64,000 bases of DNA from Eledone cirrhosa (lineage: Eukaryota). Below are positions 1 to 14,097 of this stretch, piece by piece. The translations under genes were made by a program, and so were the position numbers. The stretch's first letter is position 1. The number at the start of each line of letters is the position of its first letter. The notes under the pieces were generated by a model. The model was not told where the DNA came from and did not search any database. It was given only the letters and a program-made list of their open reading frames with translations. The stretch is taken from NCBI GenBank assembly GCA_964016885.1, contig OZ024746.1, forward strand, positions 68,386,001 to 68,450,000, read 5' to 3'.

Positions 1-170
1 AAGGCCAGCAATTATCCAGGGTATTACTGGTACTTTATTTTATCAACCCCATAAGGATGAAAGGCAAAGTTAACCTTGGCAGGATTTGAACTCAGATTAT
101 AAAGGGCCGTAACTCTTTGCTGCAAAGCATGGCGTCCGATGCTCTACCGATACTGCCAATCCACCGCCCT
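1..170 (-). mobile_element. tRNA-derived SINE family A (Nin-like central domain), cut by window edge
   Basis: Reverse complement of the copy at 14902-15094; has the B box and the GCCTTTCATCCTTAYGGGGT core. Confidence 0.85.
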
Positions 171-1391
171 ATTAGATAATATAATGCATACATTTCTTTT
201 ATAATGGTTCACTCTCGCAACTGCTGTAACAGTAATGGCAATAATCTACAAACTTCTTCAATTACTGCTACATTCTCTTAGAGCTTAGTTCAAGCTCATG
301 TAGCTAATCATTTTTGTTATCTCTACTGCACTAAACAGCTACTCATTAACTATTTCCTTAAGGCCAGCAAATGTATAAAAAATAAAGTTGTGTTTTAGAT
401 AACATGTAATCCCATTAAAACAGAATTTTATTTTTTTGCCATCAATTTTCTTTCCCCCAATCATAATAGTTGAAATGTAATTGCAAACGTTAAAATATAA
501 AACATTTATTCAAGTTTGTTTATATATTCTGTGAAAGACAAAACATATTTTTAAAATAAATAAAAGGTGTTAATCGAAAATGTTGAAGGTATTTTCAATT
601 AGATACTTTGTTTAATTATGTATAGTACAAACTGTAGATAGTTTTCCCCTTTAGCCATGTTCAATTAACTCAAACACAGCTTTGTCACAGCTTCTGATAA
701 CAAATGTTTTTTTTTTTGTTAGTTTATTTTTTATGGAGTGGGTTGTTGTTAATGGTGGTGATGATGATGAATGTGATGTTGAATTTGATGATGGTGGTGT
801 TGATGAAGGATGGTGATTAGATGGAGAAACCAGCAATTAAATAAAATATTACGCAACCTAGCAGGAGAAAAAGGCTCACTTTTATTTTAAAATTGACAAT
901 TAACCATTGCAGTATTAGTTAACAAGTATTAATGAAATAAATACATATTGAGTACCTTTTCTATTCAGACGGAGTCAGAACTTTAAATAAACATTGCCAC
1001 AAATCAATGATAATTAAGAATATATTGCTTCATTTGTTTATCAAAGACAAAATATTGTCTGCTCTCTTTAACTAGGTGGACTTTAATGAATAAATGGGTG
1101 TTGCCACTCCTCCTTGCACTAATAAATATATAAATAATATTCTATAAATTCATTAAAAGAATATTGAAATATTTACAAATTCAACTCAAAAGTTACGTGT
1201 GAAAAAGAAAAAATATATTTAAACACGGGTATTATTTTTTATGTTTTATCTCTTAATTTATATATTTTAACAAATAAAATGTTATTTTCAAGCTTGTCTG
1301 TTATGGATTTTTTAAAGCATTTTAAAGTTATTTGACAGACATGTAAATTACACACACAAATATATATACAACCATATGCACATAAACAATT

Positions 1392-1600
1392 TTAACCCTT
1401 TAGCATTTTGCCAATTTTAACATTACTCTATATTCCGTTTTATATTTTTGTGGTAAAGGCTTTATCTTACATAATTATGTCACATAATATTAAAGCTATG
1501 AGATTTTGATGTTATTTATTTTGAGAACAATACTTAAACATCTGTATTAGCGGCTGGTTAAGGCTGGTTTGAACAGAAAGAGGTGAGAGAATTCTGGCTG
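1392..1600. mobile_element. piggyBac-like MITE (partial)
   Basis: TTAA-CCCTTTAGCATTT left end; internal sequence shared with 28192, 29853, 39124 and 46965. Confidence 0.6.
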
Positions 1601-3080
1601 TGTTTATATTCCAATATACAATGAAAATTTTGAGACATTTGCTGGAGCTGTGTCACTAATAACGAGGTTCTTGTCATTGTTGGCAGCTCACCTTACTGAC
1701 ATTTCAGGTTATGCCTGTGAGGGTTTGGTTATTCCAGTGTCTTAGTCTTGTTATCACCCTCAGCAATGCTGCGAGTGTGTTTTCTTGTCTAGAAAATTAT
1801 TAGAGGAAAACTGCACCACCTCTTATTGTGGTGTATGATTGAGTGTGTGTGTGTGTCTTCTCCCACGCTTTTATTTATACATATATATATTATTCATTTG
1901 TTTGCATTCTATTGAAATAAATATTGCTTTTTCATGAAAATTTTATTCCGTTAAACAATAATATTTTATATATACCATGATATTTAACAGATTTCCATAA
2001 CTTTATAATTCATAAAGCTTGCAAACTTTCTTAACATATTTTTGCCTAGATCTCAGAAAACCTGCTGCTCTTATAAAGATATGAAAGCTGTGTTTATGAT
2101 AAGTAAAGTTCATTCAATTATGGTAACTGCATTAATCTAGTTCCAAATTCTATCACTTTTTACAGTTATAGTGTAACAAAGTTTGGATAACCTACAGTAT
2201 CAATATCGTGTTTACCAAATATCTTTATAAATATTCAGCAGATGATTCTATTTAAAGTAGCTGCAATAATATTCTAAGCATGAATATTAGGCAGCCATTT
2301 TTGCTGCCAACAATTTTGACAAACACTAAACAAACATATCAGATCTAAGAATTTAGTAACTTATTCCAAAGTACAGCAAAAGAGGAAATGATGTCTGGCT
2401 ATGGTTATAAACAATGATCTGTTACACACTAGATCTTTATTTTTTTTTTTTTTTTTTTTGTCTTTTATCATAAAGGAAACAAATATAATTCATATACTTA
2501 TTCCTGGTTATCATAGGAAAATTACGTAGAAAATTATAAGGCAATGCCCCAGCATGGCCTCAGCCAGATGGCTGGAACAGATAAAATATAAAGATAAGGT
2601 ATATTATACAAAGAATCTAAGATAGGATTTGTACTAATGAGAGAGAAATAAGTTGTCAATGTTGGTCAACTTTGATTGCTAACCTCAAACTAAAAGCATT
2701 TTAGGTATGGCTATCAACCATTTTTAGATATACCTCAGACTACATTAATGAACATATTCTTCATTGATTAAAATGGGAGTTTGATTTAATGAAGATTTGG
2801 TTGTTATTTCTAGCAGATCAGGAAAACCAACAGAAATATTTTCAAAGGTGTAGATTACAATTATGTTCGTGATTTTTATTTTTAAATGGAAGTAGGGGAG
2901 GAGGTAAACTGGAATTTATTAGAAATACTTAAAAGTGAAGAAGGTAACATAATACTTTCATTATACTTCCATCCATTAATGTTTTCGTTACTTTCAATCT
3001 GTAATTATAATAAGTTAAATGTGCACTCAAAACTATTTTCAGCATACCTTCCAATTGTTAATGTCAATAGTGATAATATC

Positions 3081-3114
<34 letters not shown>

Positions 3115-3342
3115 CAGGGCATAATGTCATTTCTACAACTATGAATATCTAATTGCATCAACATAATCATTATCTACAACTTCGCAAACTTTCATTAAAA
3201 TATATGCATTATTAACTGTTGTATTTCCATTTTTCGAGTATAAAACACAGTCTGTGATTTTGAGATTCTTTTGAAAATAGTCAAAATAAGGAGTGATTTA
3301 GTAACTAACTTTCTCATTAACAAAAGTTCTTAAATTAAATTA

Positions 3343-3513
3343 TAATTGTTTCTACTTTTGGCACAAGGCCAGCAATTACCCAGTGCATTACTGGTACTTT
3401 ATTTTTTAGACCCCCGTAAGGATGAAAGGCAAAGTTAACCTCGGCGGGATTTGAACTCAGAATGGCAAGGGGCGTGGTGTCCGACCTTCTACCGATTCTG
3501 CCAATCCACCGCC
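3343..3513 (-). mobile_element. SINE family A with 16-bp TSD
   Basis: Family A sequence flanked by TAAATTAAATTATAAT at 3331-3346 and 3514-3529. Confidence 0.88.
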
Positions 3514-4319
3514 TAAATTAAATTATAATGGAAGGATTTTAGATAATCATAAACATTTTAAAATAACCACAGCTTTGATTCATAGAACCAGAGACAATTT
3601 CAGGAGATTTTTGTATCATAAGTGTTAAGAAAGTTATAAGAAAGCCAAGTCTAGTTGTGTCCATAGATTAATGCATTTAGGATTCAAAGTCAGCTCTTGC
3701 AAATATATTATTCATAAAATATTCAGGTAGTTGAATTGTGTGTGTAAAAGAAACACACATTAAAGGTATATTATATTAATGTTAAATGATGTACAGATAT
3801 GAAAGATTTCTTAATGGTGCAAAACCGAAACTATATTCTATACTCTCCTCCAATGAATAGTGATTGTGCCAAATCTAACTTAGAAAGTAAAATCTATTAA
3901 CCCATGCATCCTCCTATGCAAACCTATCTAACGCTATATAATTTAAACTTAACCTTAGTGTCAAAGTTAACTATAATTCTTAACATTAACCAAAGTTCAC
4001 AATGTTTTAACCTAAATATAAATAAATATATCTGTCAATTTAGATAATTCACTAGAAAATCTATGGCCATAAAAATTCCCCACAATGACCCTGCTAATTT
4101 CTTCTTCTCCACCTTTAGTTCCTTTTGCTCTCTATGGTAATGAGAGATCTCTATGCTGTACAGTCACATGCCCTCTCACAGCCTGCTTGCAGGCCAGACC
4201 CCTATCTGTCAGGTCTTCCTCCACAGTCATCGATCAAGTCTTGATGTATCTACCTTGCCTTTTACAATCCCCTACAAATACTACTACTACTACTGCTGCT
4301 GCTAATGATAATAATAGTA

Positions 4320-4660
4320 GTTTCTACTATAGGCACATAGGAGAAAGTTGATTAAATCGACCCCAGTGGCGCTTTATTTTATCAACCTCATAGCGATGAA
4401 AGGCAAAGCTAACCTCAGCACGATTTGAACTCATACCATAAAGGGCCATACCTCCATGCTGCAAAGCATTGTGTCCAATGCCCAACCGATACTGACAATC
4501 CACCACCAGAATAATTATAACAACAATAATAATAATAGTAATAATTGTTTCTACTTTTGGCACAAGGCCAGCAATTATATCAGTGTATTACTGGTACTTT
4601 ATTTTATCGACCCCGTAAGGATGGAAGGCAAAGTTAACCTCGGCAGGATTTGAACTCAGT
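4320..4660 (-). mobile_element. two SINE family A copies (one old, one 5'-truncated)
   Basis: GATGAAAGGCAAAG...GATTTGAACTCA core present twice. Confidence 0.75.
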
Positions 4661-4957
4661 AATAATAATACTGCAGCTACTACTATTACTCCCATCATCA
4701 TCCCACACTTAACACCAAGTGCTATGTGTCATGTACTAGATTTATTTAATACTCTCACTTCATCCTTACAAATTTCTAACTTTATGTCCATTTAGACCAT
4801 TGGCTGAAACTAGTAATCATTATATTAAAAAGTACTTTTTGTGCACATCTAATGCCATTCAAAACAGCATAGAGATTACACAATTTTTTTTCTCCATTTC
4901 TTTAGAAATCTAAAGGTTTATGTTAAAGTAAGGATTCCATATTTCAATCATATAGTA

Positions 4958-5142
4958 ATACTTTATTCTTCTGTACATACTACACACTTCTTTTTCACTT
5001 TATTCCTTGTTTGTTTTGGGGGTGCATGTTATACACCATAACAAAATGTTATACACCAAAACTAAACTTTTCCAGACATTTTTCTGGTCAAAAGGGGTGC
5101 ATGCTATATGCAAATGCATGCGCTATACAGAAGAATATGGTA
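4958..5142. mobile_element. Tc1/pogo-like MITE
   Basis: Imperfect TIRs TACTTTATTCTTCTGTA / TACAGAAGAATATGGTA; homologous copy at ~28120-28492 is interrupted by a piggyBac-like MITE. Confidence 0.5.
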
Positions 5143-6899
5143 TCTATTTTCTGTGAGAAGAATTAAATATATACTGATCTAAACTTAAATACATAATAGC
5201 AGTAGCCTGTTTGGATGGCAGACTTAATCTGTTTTCCAGTTTAACACTACCTCCTGTTCATTAGGTGCCTCCAGCAAAGTCCCATCTGTTGCAACTAGTT
5301 AGAACAGGTCTCTGGTTTGAGAAACCCTTCATCCCCACCACTCTTGTCTCAGAGACCATGAATGGGTCATGGGCACTGCCCTTCTCTTCTTGATTAAACC
5401 ATAAAACATGGAGCAAAATTAGGAGATGATTGTTACAGTAAAATCAAAAAATTAACTTAAAACCAACTAAAGTTTAATAAAACAAAGATGAGATTTAAAT
5501 AAATTTATATTGATTTCAACTTGTTTCATTACACATAGCTATGGGCATAGCTGTGTAGTTAAGAAATTTGCTTCACAACCACAGTATTTCAGGATCATTC
5601 TTGTTGTTGGGCCATCTTCTACTGTAGTCCTGAACAGATCAGAGTTCTGTGAATGGAATTTGGCAGAGCCAAACTAAGCTGAAGTCCATCATAAATATAT
5701 GAATGTGTGTGTGTGTGTATGCACATCTGTTATTGTATCTGTATATGTACCAGTATGCATGTGTGTGCATGTTCACGTGCATCTGTGTATGTGTCAGTAT
5801 GTGTGTATGTATGTCTCTGTATGCAAAACAATATATGGAATCGTGTCTCTTTTCATTAAAAAGGAAAGAAAAGATAAGACTTGGCTATTCAAGACACTAA
5901 GATCAATAAAATAATTGTACCATATTGAACTGAGCAAATAAGTAGGTATCATTCTCTAAAAACCCTTCAAAGTAGCGCCCTGGTGTCCAAATATGGCTAC
6001 TGTCCAATGACTGAATTTAGTAAAAAAAAAGTAAAATGATATCTTATTTCGAGGATTCTTTTTGATTCAATTAATTTTATGTTCAATAATATATCTGTCT
6101 CATATATCATATCTTCCCTGTATCCTAGAATATTTTATCTGAAACTTGATAAACTGTCATATATCTAAGATGAAATTATATTTTACAATTTTACTGATCA
6201 TCATAAAATATATTCATTCTTAAACATGCATATACCCACACTAACACAAGAATATGTGGGTTACACAAGAATATGTGGGTATATATCTATAAATTGTGAG
6301 TATGAATATGGGTAAGCATGCATTTATGTGGGAATTTTAGTGTGGATGATTGGATAGTTAGACAGACAGACAGATAAACAGATTTCTTTATTTGCCACAA
6401 GGGTGCACAAGAAATAGGATATTACAAGAGAGATAGATAGACAGATAGAAACAGACAAATAAGCAGACAGACATTTAGATTTTGCATGGATACAGATAGA
6501 TCGATATTTACATTTAATATAAAGATAAATAAAGTATTTGAAATACATATTTAATAACTGGACATATGTTTAAGATAGGCTATAGTTTTCTTCTGATAAA
6601 AAAATGAATGTCTAATGTAAAGGCCTTTAAAAGAGAAGTTAACCTTGGTTCTCCAGTCTAAGAATGGATATGAAAATTCTATTTATGAACATAACCTTAA
6701 ATAAGATAAGAAAATGTTTTTTTTTCTTTACAATTAATTTAAATTTATTAAGACGATTATCATGTGACAGCCAGTAAATTGGCATAACTATAGAAATTGC
6801 GTTTTCAATTACATGTGTTGGTACATACACAAATGTATATATGTATAGAGTATATAAATGGTTATCCATATATACATATATGCATGTGTACATTGTGTA

Positions 6900-7892
6900 T
6901 ATATTAAATGGTCGACAGCTTCTGTTACTTGGATGACCAAATCAGCAATGGAGGAGGGTGTTCTGAAGGTACAGTAGCGAGAGTAAGAACGGGATGGAGA
7001 AAGTTCAGGGAGCTACTACTGCTACTAGCTACAAAAGGTTTTCTTCTTAAAATGAAGAACATATTGTATGTTGCATGTATATGAACAGTAATGTTGCATA
7101 GTGGTGAGACCTGGGCACTGTATGCAGAGGGCCTATGAAGATTGGAAAGAAATGAAGCCTACATACTCCAATGGATGCGTAATAGTAATATACATGAATG
7201 GCAAAACATAAATGAACTGAGAGAGAAATTGGGCATAAGAGGGATCAGATGCAGTGTACAAAAGAAGAGATTGAGTTGGTATGGCCATGTGATGTGTTTG
7301 TGATGTGTTTGACAGTTGTATAAAATGGTGCAAGGTGATCAAAGTTGATGGAAGCTATGGAGTAGGAAGACCTGGGATGAGGTGATAAAAGCTGGCCTCG
7401 CACAATTGCACCTCTCAAAGACAATGACACAAGATTTAAATCTTTGATGTTATGCAGTAATACAGAAAACCTGCCTTCCCATGTACACCAACTGAAGCAT
7501 AAATCTAATATGCCCCTGCCCCTTTTAACCACTATCCTCCCTCCCCTTCCATACACCTCCAATGCCCTAACACCTCACCTATATCTAATCACACCACCCT
7601 TCTCCCATGCCTTTACAACTTTGCCCCAGTCCACATTGTAAAGTGATTGTGTTGGTACCACAAAAAAAGCATCCAGCCCACACTGTAAAGTGATCGTGTA
7701 GGCATCAAAACAGAAAGCACCCAGCACACACTGAAAATGTGGTTGATGTTAGGAAGGGCATCCAGCCATAGAAACCAAGCCAGGAACAGTCTTGTATGAA
7801 CAAGACACAGTCACGTGACTGACTTGCCTTGAACAGGACAAGTCGTCTATGCCATGCTAGCATGGAAAATAGACATTAAATAATGATGATGA
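6900..7892 (+). mobile_element. decayed 3' part of RTE-clade LINE
   Basis: Colinear with 23250-24223 (ARVRTGWRKFRELL, ETWAL peptides); ends in (GAT)n tail. Confidence 0.85.
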
Positions 7893-8619
7893 TATATATT
7901 TATATGTATATAGTCAGAATATTACATTGAAATGGAATCCATCCAGGAGATCGATACAGAGGTATCAATACCAAAACACTGCCATATTACTCACTAACTA
8001 ACTATTTGTGTGCAATCTGTATTATAAGATGTAGCTTCTTGACTGCATGCTCATTATCTCATTGAGTGAATGGGTCATGTCCGGAAATTGCTGAAATAAA
8101 TTCAGTGACTTCCATATACTATATATATATATTTTTAAAAATGAGAGAGAGAACAGAATGAATCTATGCTTCGATTAAATAAGTAACTCTACTACCTGAA
8201 GAGTACTTTTTTTCTTCCATTTACATATGCATATAATAATTAACATTTCTGGCAGGTGAACCTCCGGTCTGTCTGTGAGACCAATTGCCCCAGTTCAGTA
8301 CTGACTTGATCTGTGAAGACCTGTCCAACCCTTGCAAGCAGGGAAAGTGGATGTTAAATGATGATGATGATGATGATGATGATGATTCTTGTCTTATACA
8401 CATATGTACAACACTGTAATTGAAATAACAAGAAAATCTATTAAACTCAACAACAACAATACTTCTATATGCTCTACCCTTTATAACTGATCAACATTCA
8501 AGAAATAATAACTACCTGTTTTGTGTTTGCTCAAAATGCTACAAACAGCAGTCAAATGAGTCTTAAATCATACCATACCAACTTTAAAAAGAAAAAGGAA
8601 AGACATTTTAAATAATGTA

Positions 8620-8748
8620 GTCCTTTATTTTATCGACCCCGTAAGGATGAAAGGCAAAGTTAACCTCAGCGGAATTTGAACTCAAACCGTAAAGGGACGT
8701 AACTATGCTAGAAAGTATGGCGTCCAACCCTCTACCGATACTGCCAAT
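8620..8748 (-). mobile_element. SINE family A fragment
   Basis: TTTATTTTATCGACCCCGTAAGGATGAAAGGCAAAGTTAACC core. Confidence 0.8.
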
Positions 8749-9049
8749 TATGATAATGAAAGGGTTAATTAGCAATGAGCTGGGGTTAAACAATGACTAC
8801 TGCAATTACTCTCTTTCATTATTTATTTACACGTTTCAACATAAGCTTTATGGGAAAATAATGCAGATACATTTTTTATTGCAGGTTATGTAGTCTCTGC
8901 AGTGTTGTTCTATGTTGTTTAAAGCAATGTGAGAAAATCAATGCAGGAAACTAAAATAATGACAAAATAACAAAATGTCAAATTAGTTTTAAATGGTATA
9001 AATTTGATTGTTTGTTTAGGTTTTAGTCCTGAACTGTATAGGTATATAA

Positions 9050-9071
9050 ACAGAGATAAGTGTAGATAGAT

Positions 9072-9150
<79 letters not shown>
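9050..9150. repeat. (GATA)n microsatellite
   Basis: Direct tandem GATA run; a degenerate run resumes at ~10220-10400. Confidence 0.95.
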
Positions 9151-10216
9151 TGTTTCTTTATTAGCCACAGGGGCACAAAAGAAGGGGACAAATACAAAGG
9201 GGGAAGTTTACATACAATAAAAACGTATAAAATATTATCACAAATGCAATTTAAAAATTAGTCGATTTTCCCCAATAGCGGAGACAGTTCATATGGGTAA
9301 CACATACCCCCGAAAAAATGTGCAACCCTCATCTCCAGGAGTACGAAGAGTTTGTACTCCCTTCCTCTCCTCCTCTTTTACCTCTACCTACAGGCTGATA
9401 TAGAGAGAAGGCCCATTCACTCGGGCCATTCTCGCCACTTTCACCCACCTTTCATAAAACTAGCTGGGGTACAGCACCTCTCTCTCCATCCTGATTCTTT
9501 TTTCAAAGTGGTATTTGAAAAAAAGAATCAGTTGTTGGCCGGAGAGAAAGGTGTCTGACCTCAGCCCTTTCAACCTTGTCCACCATACACCCTCTTTCGC
9601 CATAGCTATCACACAAAGGAAAACCACCTCTCCTTCGTTTTTGAAGGAGGGTGGCGGTTTGATCATGATAATGGACTTGGTGGTCAACCGGATTGGTCCC
9701 ACCCGCGACAATAGTCGTTCTACATAGCCCCACAGGTTGGTGACGCCCAGGCAGTGTATGAATGCGTGCACGGCGGTTTCTTCGTCTCGCACGCACCTCG
9801 GACAGTTCTTTGTTACAGGGTCCCTGCCCGGGCGCCCATGTCTGTAGAGCTTGTCTTGAACTGGTAAAGCTCCTCGGTAGCACTGCCAGGCCAGGGACTT
9901 TTGGAAGTTGTCCATCGGTCCCGAGCGGAAGGTCCTACCGAACAGACTGGCCAGTTCATCTTCCTCTACGCCTAGAGTTTCACCGAGCGCGTCGTCGCAC
10001 TTGCTGCGGATCAACCCTCTATAGAATGATGAAGTGGAGTCTCCACTGATCGCCGGATCCGCCTGCCAGAGGGCTGTGAGCGCCTGAGCACATTCGATGT
10101 GCCAGTCGCCCATTTTCCTCGGTCTTTGCTTGACCCAGGACTGCAGCTCGGTCAGCAAGACGAGTTGTGGGAAGGCTCGCATCACGAACGGGGCCCACAC
10201 CGGTTGTCCGGTGAGG
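9151..10216 (-). mobile_element. 5'-truncated Tx1/L1-like LINE (C-terminal zinc-binding region and 3' UTR)
   Basis: GC-rich insert; ORF 9460-10200 has LAWQCYRGALPV...CPRC...ETAVHAFIHC, a zf-RVT-type CCHC motif. Confidence 0.85.
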
Positions 10217-12177
10217 AATACAGATAGATAAATAGATAGATTGATAGATAGTTAGATGGATAGATATGTAGATGGATAGATATGTAGATGGATAGATATG
10301 TAGATGGATAGAAAAGAGAGATGGATAGATAGGTGGAGAGGTTGTTAAATCAATCAAAAGAGAGGTGGATAGAGAGATACAGAGATAGATAAGTAGATAT
10401 AAGTGGATATCTTCATTATCATCATCATCACTGTTTAATGTCTATTTTCCATGTTTGCATGGATTAGATAGATTGACGTGTGCTGAGGCAAGATCTGTTA
10501 GGGAACCATATCCTGCTTGTATGCTCCTTTTTGGGTTAGTTTCTATGGTTAGACACCCTTCACAACACCTACCGCAACATGTACTGGGAATATTTTATCA
10601 TGACTCTGACACAACTACATTACAGGTAGGACTGGGTGCTTTTCATCGTGGTACCAGGACTACTGATTTACAGGGTCGGTTGGGTGCATTTTATTGTCAC
10701 ACTAGCACTACTTCATTATAACACTAGGGTGCAAAAAAAAAAATATATATATATATATACATACATACATACCAATGTATTATATGCAACTTTTATTATT
10801 AGTATCCATCTATATGTTCATTCAAAACCTTACACTAATACTCCACCCACTATAACCCTTTCCCAACCATTTTCATCTTCAAAAACATTGTCTTTGTTTT
10901 TCTAATCAATTTGAAAATAATCAAGAATTTGAAATGATTTAATGAAATGTTTTTCACTTAACTTGGTCAAAGGAAGGAAGGGCACGCTTATGACCAAGAC
11001 TGGAAGTTTCTGTCAGCCCAGAAACCTGGTCCAGATGTTTGCAACAGACTAGACTTCACTAAACATTGATATATGTGGTGGTTGTATAAAACCAGTCAAA
11101 GGAATAAGTCTATTAAATTGGTGTTTGGAATATAACATAACACATTCTCATATAAAATTATGATAAAAGATTTTAATTTAAATATGGATACTTTAAAATG
11201 GACAGTTTTGTATCATAGAACTAGAGGCAGTCAAATGTGATGTGGTATCAAAAGATGGCTACACATGGTGCACTATGTCATCCACATCAAGAACATTGTG
11301 ACACTTCAAGTTTGTTAAATGTATGAGGATCTGCTAGCTTTATACTAGCTATCACTGGCAGAAAATATGTTTCATACTTATCCATCAGAAACAGCTAAGC
11401 AGATGATTTACACCATCTTCTTGGGTATGTCCCCTCACGTTGTTCACACAACTAAAGCAGATATCTTTAAGTCCATTCCATAAAGTTCTGACTAATACTC
11501 TCACACATTTTTTACATTCAGAAGATGGCTATAATGGTAGTCAAAAGGCCAGTCAAGCTTTCGTCTTCCAACTACATAAGACAGCAAATGTCAAACACTG
11601 ATTTCCTATATGAACAAATGCACTGCCAAAAGATATAAATATTTTGACAATAAATTGATTAATAAGTTTTACTGTCTTCTACTATGATATATATTAAAAT
11701 ATTCCATTATATCTAATATGCATTAGAGAAATCAACCCCAATACTTGACTGGTACTTTATTTTATTCACACTGATCAGACAAAAGGATTTGTACTGTGAA
11801 TGTAAAGAGCTGGAACAGACACTACAGGATATTTTGTCCAACATTCTAACTATTATGACCCAATATGGTATTCAAAATAAAAATGATTAAGAAACACAAT
11901 TCTTAGATAAGTGTACAGTGTTCCTTAAATAATCACTGAAGCACATACTACTTTAAAAAGGGGTTAAAAATAGTAAATAAACAAAGAAACTATAAAACGC
12001 TAAAACTAAAGTTGGCAGCATTGCCAATGACTGTGTGTGAACAGTAAAAGAAAAAATAGAATTCTTATGGGAATAGTAATATTTCTTTACACACACGAGC
12101 TGTCTTTCTGAAATAACAACTCATAGATTCAAGGATGCATATGCTGTAGACAATATCCAGTATAAATCTTCTTGTTG

Positions 12178-12480
12178 GAAAATGAACCATGTTTTAAGCA
12201 AGATATTTGGAGGAAAATCATGTGGAAACAGAATTTTTACTGAAAATGGATAATTTTCCTTTTCAAGACCTTGAAATACTGTAAGTAAGGTACTGAAAGT
12301 AGAGAAGGGTTTTAATCTTGCTGATGGAAAATGAACCATGTTATAAGCAAGATATTTGGATGAAAATCATGAACTGTAAACAGTAATTCCACCGAAAAGG
12401 AATAATGTTGCTTCACAAAACTTTGAAGTATTCTAAATAGAATACTGAAGGTGAAGAAGAGCTTTATCATAACTTATGGT
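12178..12480. repeat. diverged ~150-bp tandem duplication
   Basis: GAAAATGAACCATGTTWTAAGCAAGATATTTGGA occurs at ~12178 and ~12327. Confidence 0.8.
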
Positions 12481-13358
12481 TAAATAGACACACACAAAAA
12501 TAAAAACTAAGTTTATTTTTACTTGTTACTACAATGGGAGGATAAAGTCATGCCAAACTATTTTATAATACTAGGAACTGGAAGACCAACAGTTGTCTCT
12601 AATTTTAAAGACATATAGATCTATAGAAATAAGAGCCATTGGTTTACACACACAGACACACACATATATATATATATATATACACATAAATAAAACCATT
12701 ATTGCTCTAATCAGTCCACAAGCACTCAGCAAACACCCTAAACCAAACGCCAACCTGTACTCATCGCTTCTGCCAAACCAAGCTGTACTCACCCTCCAAA
12801 TTTGGCAAATCAAATGCAGACAGCCCATCTTCCCAACTCAGCATACATCACAGATTAAAAGTTTAAGCAAACAATTTCTGCTTTCACCCATAAACTTTTA
12901 ATCTGTGCTAATAATAAATATTTGCTCTCTAAGTTTATATATGTATATATATATATTTATTGTTCTGCATTCTCCTGCATTGAACCACCTAGGTACTATG
13001 ACATAACCTGTGTATTTGCTGGCATGGGCGTGCATCTGTGCGCTTATGTTAGTTGATATATTAAATTATCTATATTTATCTCCAAATCACTGATTTGTCG
13101 AGCAAACTTGTCAAAACCACTTCTAAAAAAATGTTTTTTGGGGTGTTAGTAGGCGTCAGTCATCTTACCATCCCATTCCTTCTAACTAGCCTCTGTGTCA
13201 CGTGATTGATTCTTTAGAATCGGCCATTTGACTTGAAGCAGTGAGAATTTCGGTACATAGAATCCAGTCCTCGCAAGCTGTTCGATCTACCGAATTATTA
13301 TTATTTTTATATGAGCCGCCAGTGTCCGCGCATTGCCTGGAGACTTAACTGAGAATAG

Positions 13359-13440
13359 ACTTCCTGATGACGCAATGAATTCTCGACAGTTGGATTACGT
13401 AACTGTCTTTATCCCATTGCAGAAACTAATTAGTTGGAGT
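13359..13440 (+). ncRNA. type I hammerhead ribozyme with extended stem II
   Basis: ACTTC-CTGATGA-c-GCAATG...CATTGC-a-GAAAC-TAATTA-GTT-GGAGT; internal hairpin GACAGTT/AACTGTC; palindromic stem III. Confidence 0.8.
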
Positions 13441-13514
13441 GAAAATTTAAGTAAGAAAAAAATTTTTTTTTTTTTTATTTTTTTTTTTAAAAAAATATTT
13501 TTTTATTTTACGTC

Positions 13515-13558
<44 letters not shown>

Positions 13559-13623
13559 TCACACACACAACCCTTATCAAGTCCTCTCTGGATTTTGGTC
13601 TTTGTATTTATTATTACTACTAC

Positions 13624-13685
<62 letters not shown>

Positions 13686-14097
13686 TACATAAACATATAT
13701 ATATATGTGTGTGTGTGGTCTATGAGGTGTACATTTGTAGTGTGGTATGTGTATGGGACACTGTGGTAGGGTGTGAAATGAAGGTGTGTTAAAGTTCAGT
13801 TAGGTAAAAGAAAACTAGTCTGAAGGGTGAGAAATAGTGTAGATAGGTGAGTTGAAATGACAAGTGGTATTATTTAAGTAGATGTTACAAAGATGTTCAG
13901 TGAAATTATCTGTTAACCTCATTTACACTCTCACATTTTAATTGTTTGCTCTTGTTTGTTCTTATAGTATGTCAGAGTAAATCAAAGTATTTTTATAAAA
14001 ACACTCGTGAAAACAGGTGGGGAAACTTACTTGGACTGGAATTCAGTAGAATTATTCTCAAGAAAAGAAATTCTAAATACCTGAAATTCAGGAGCGA

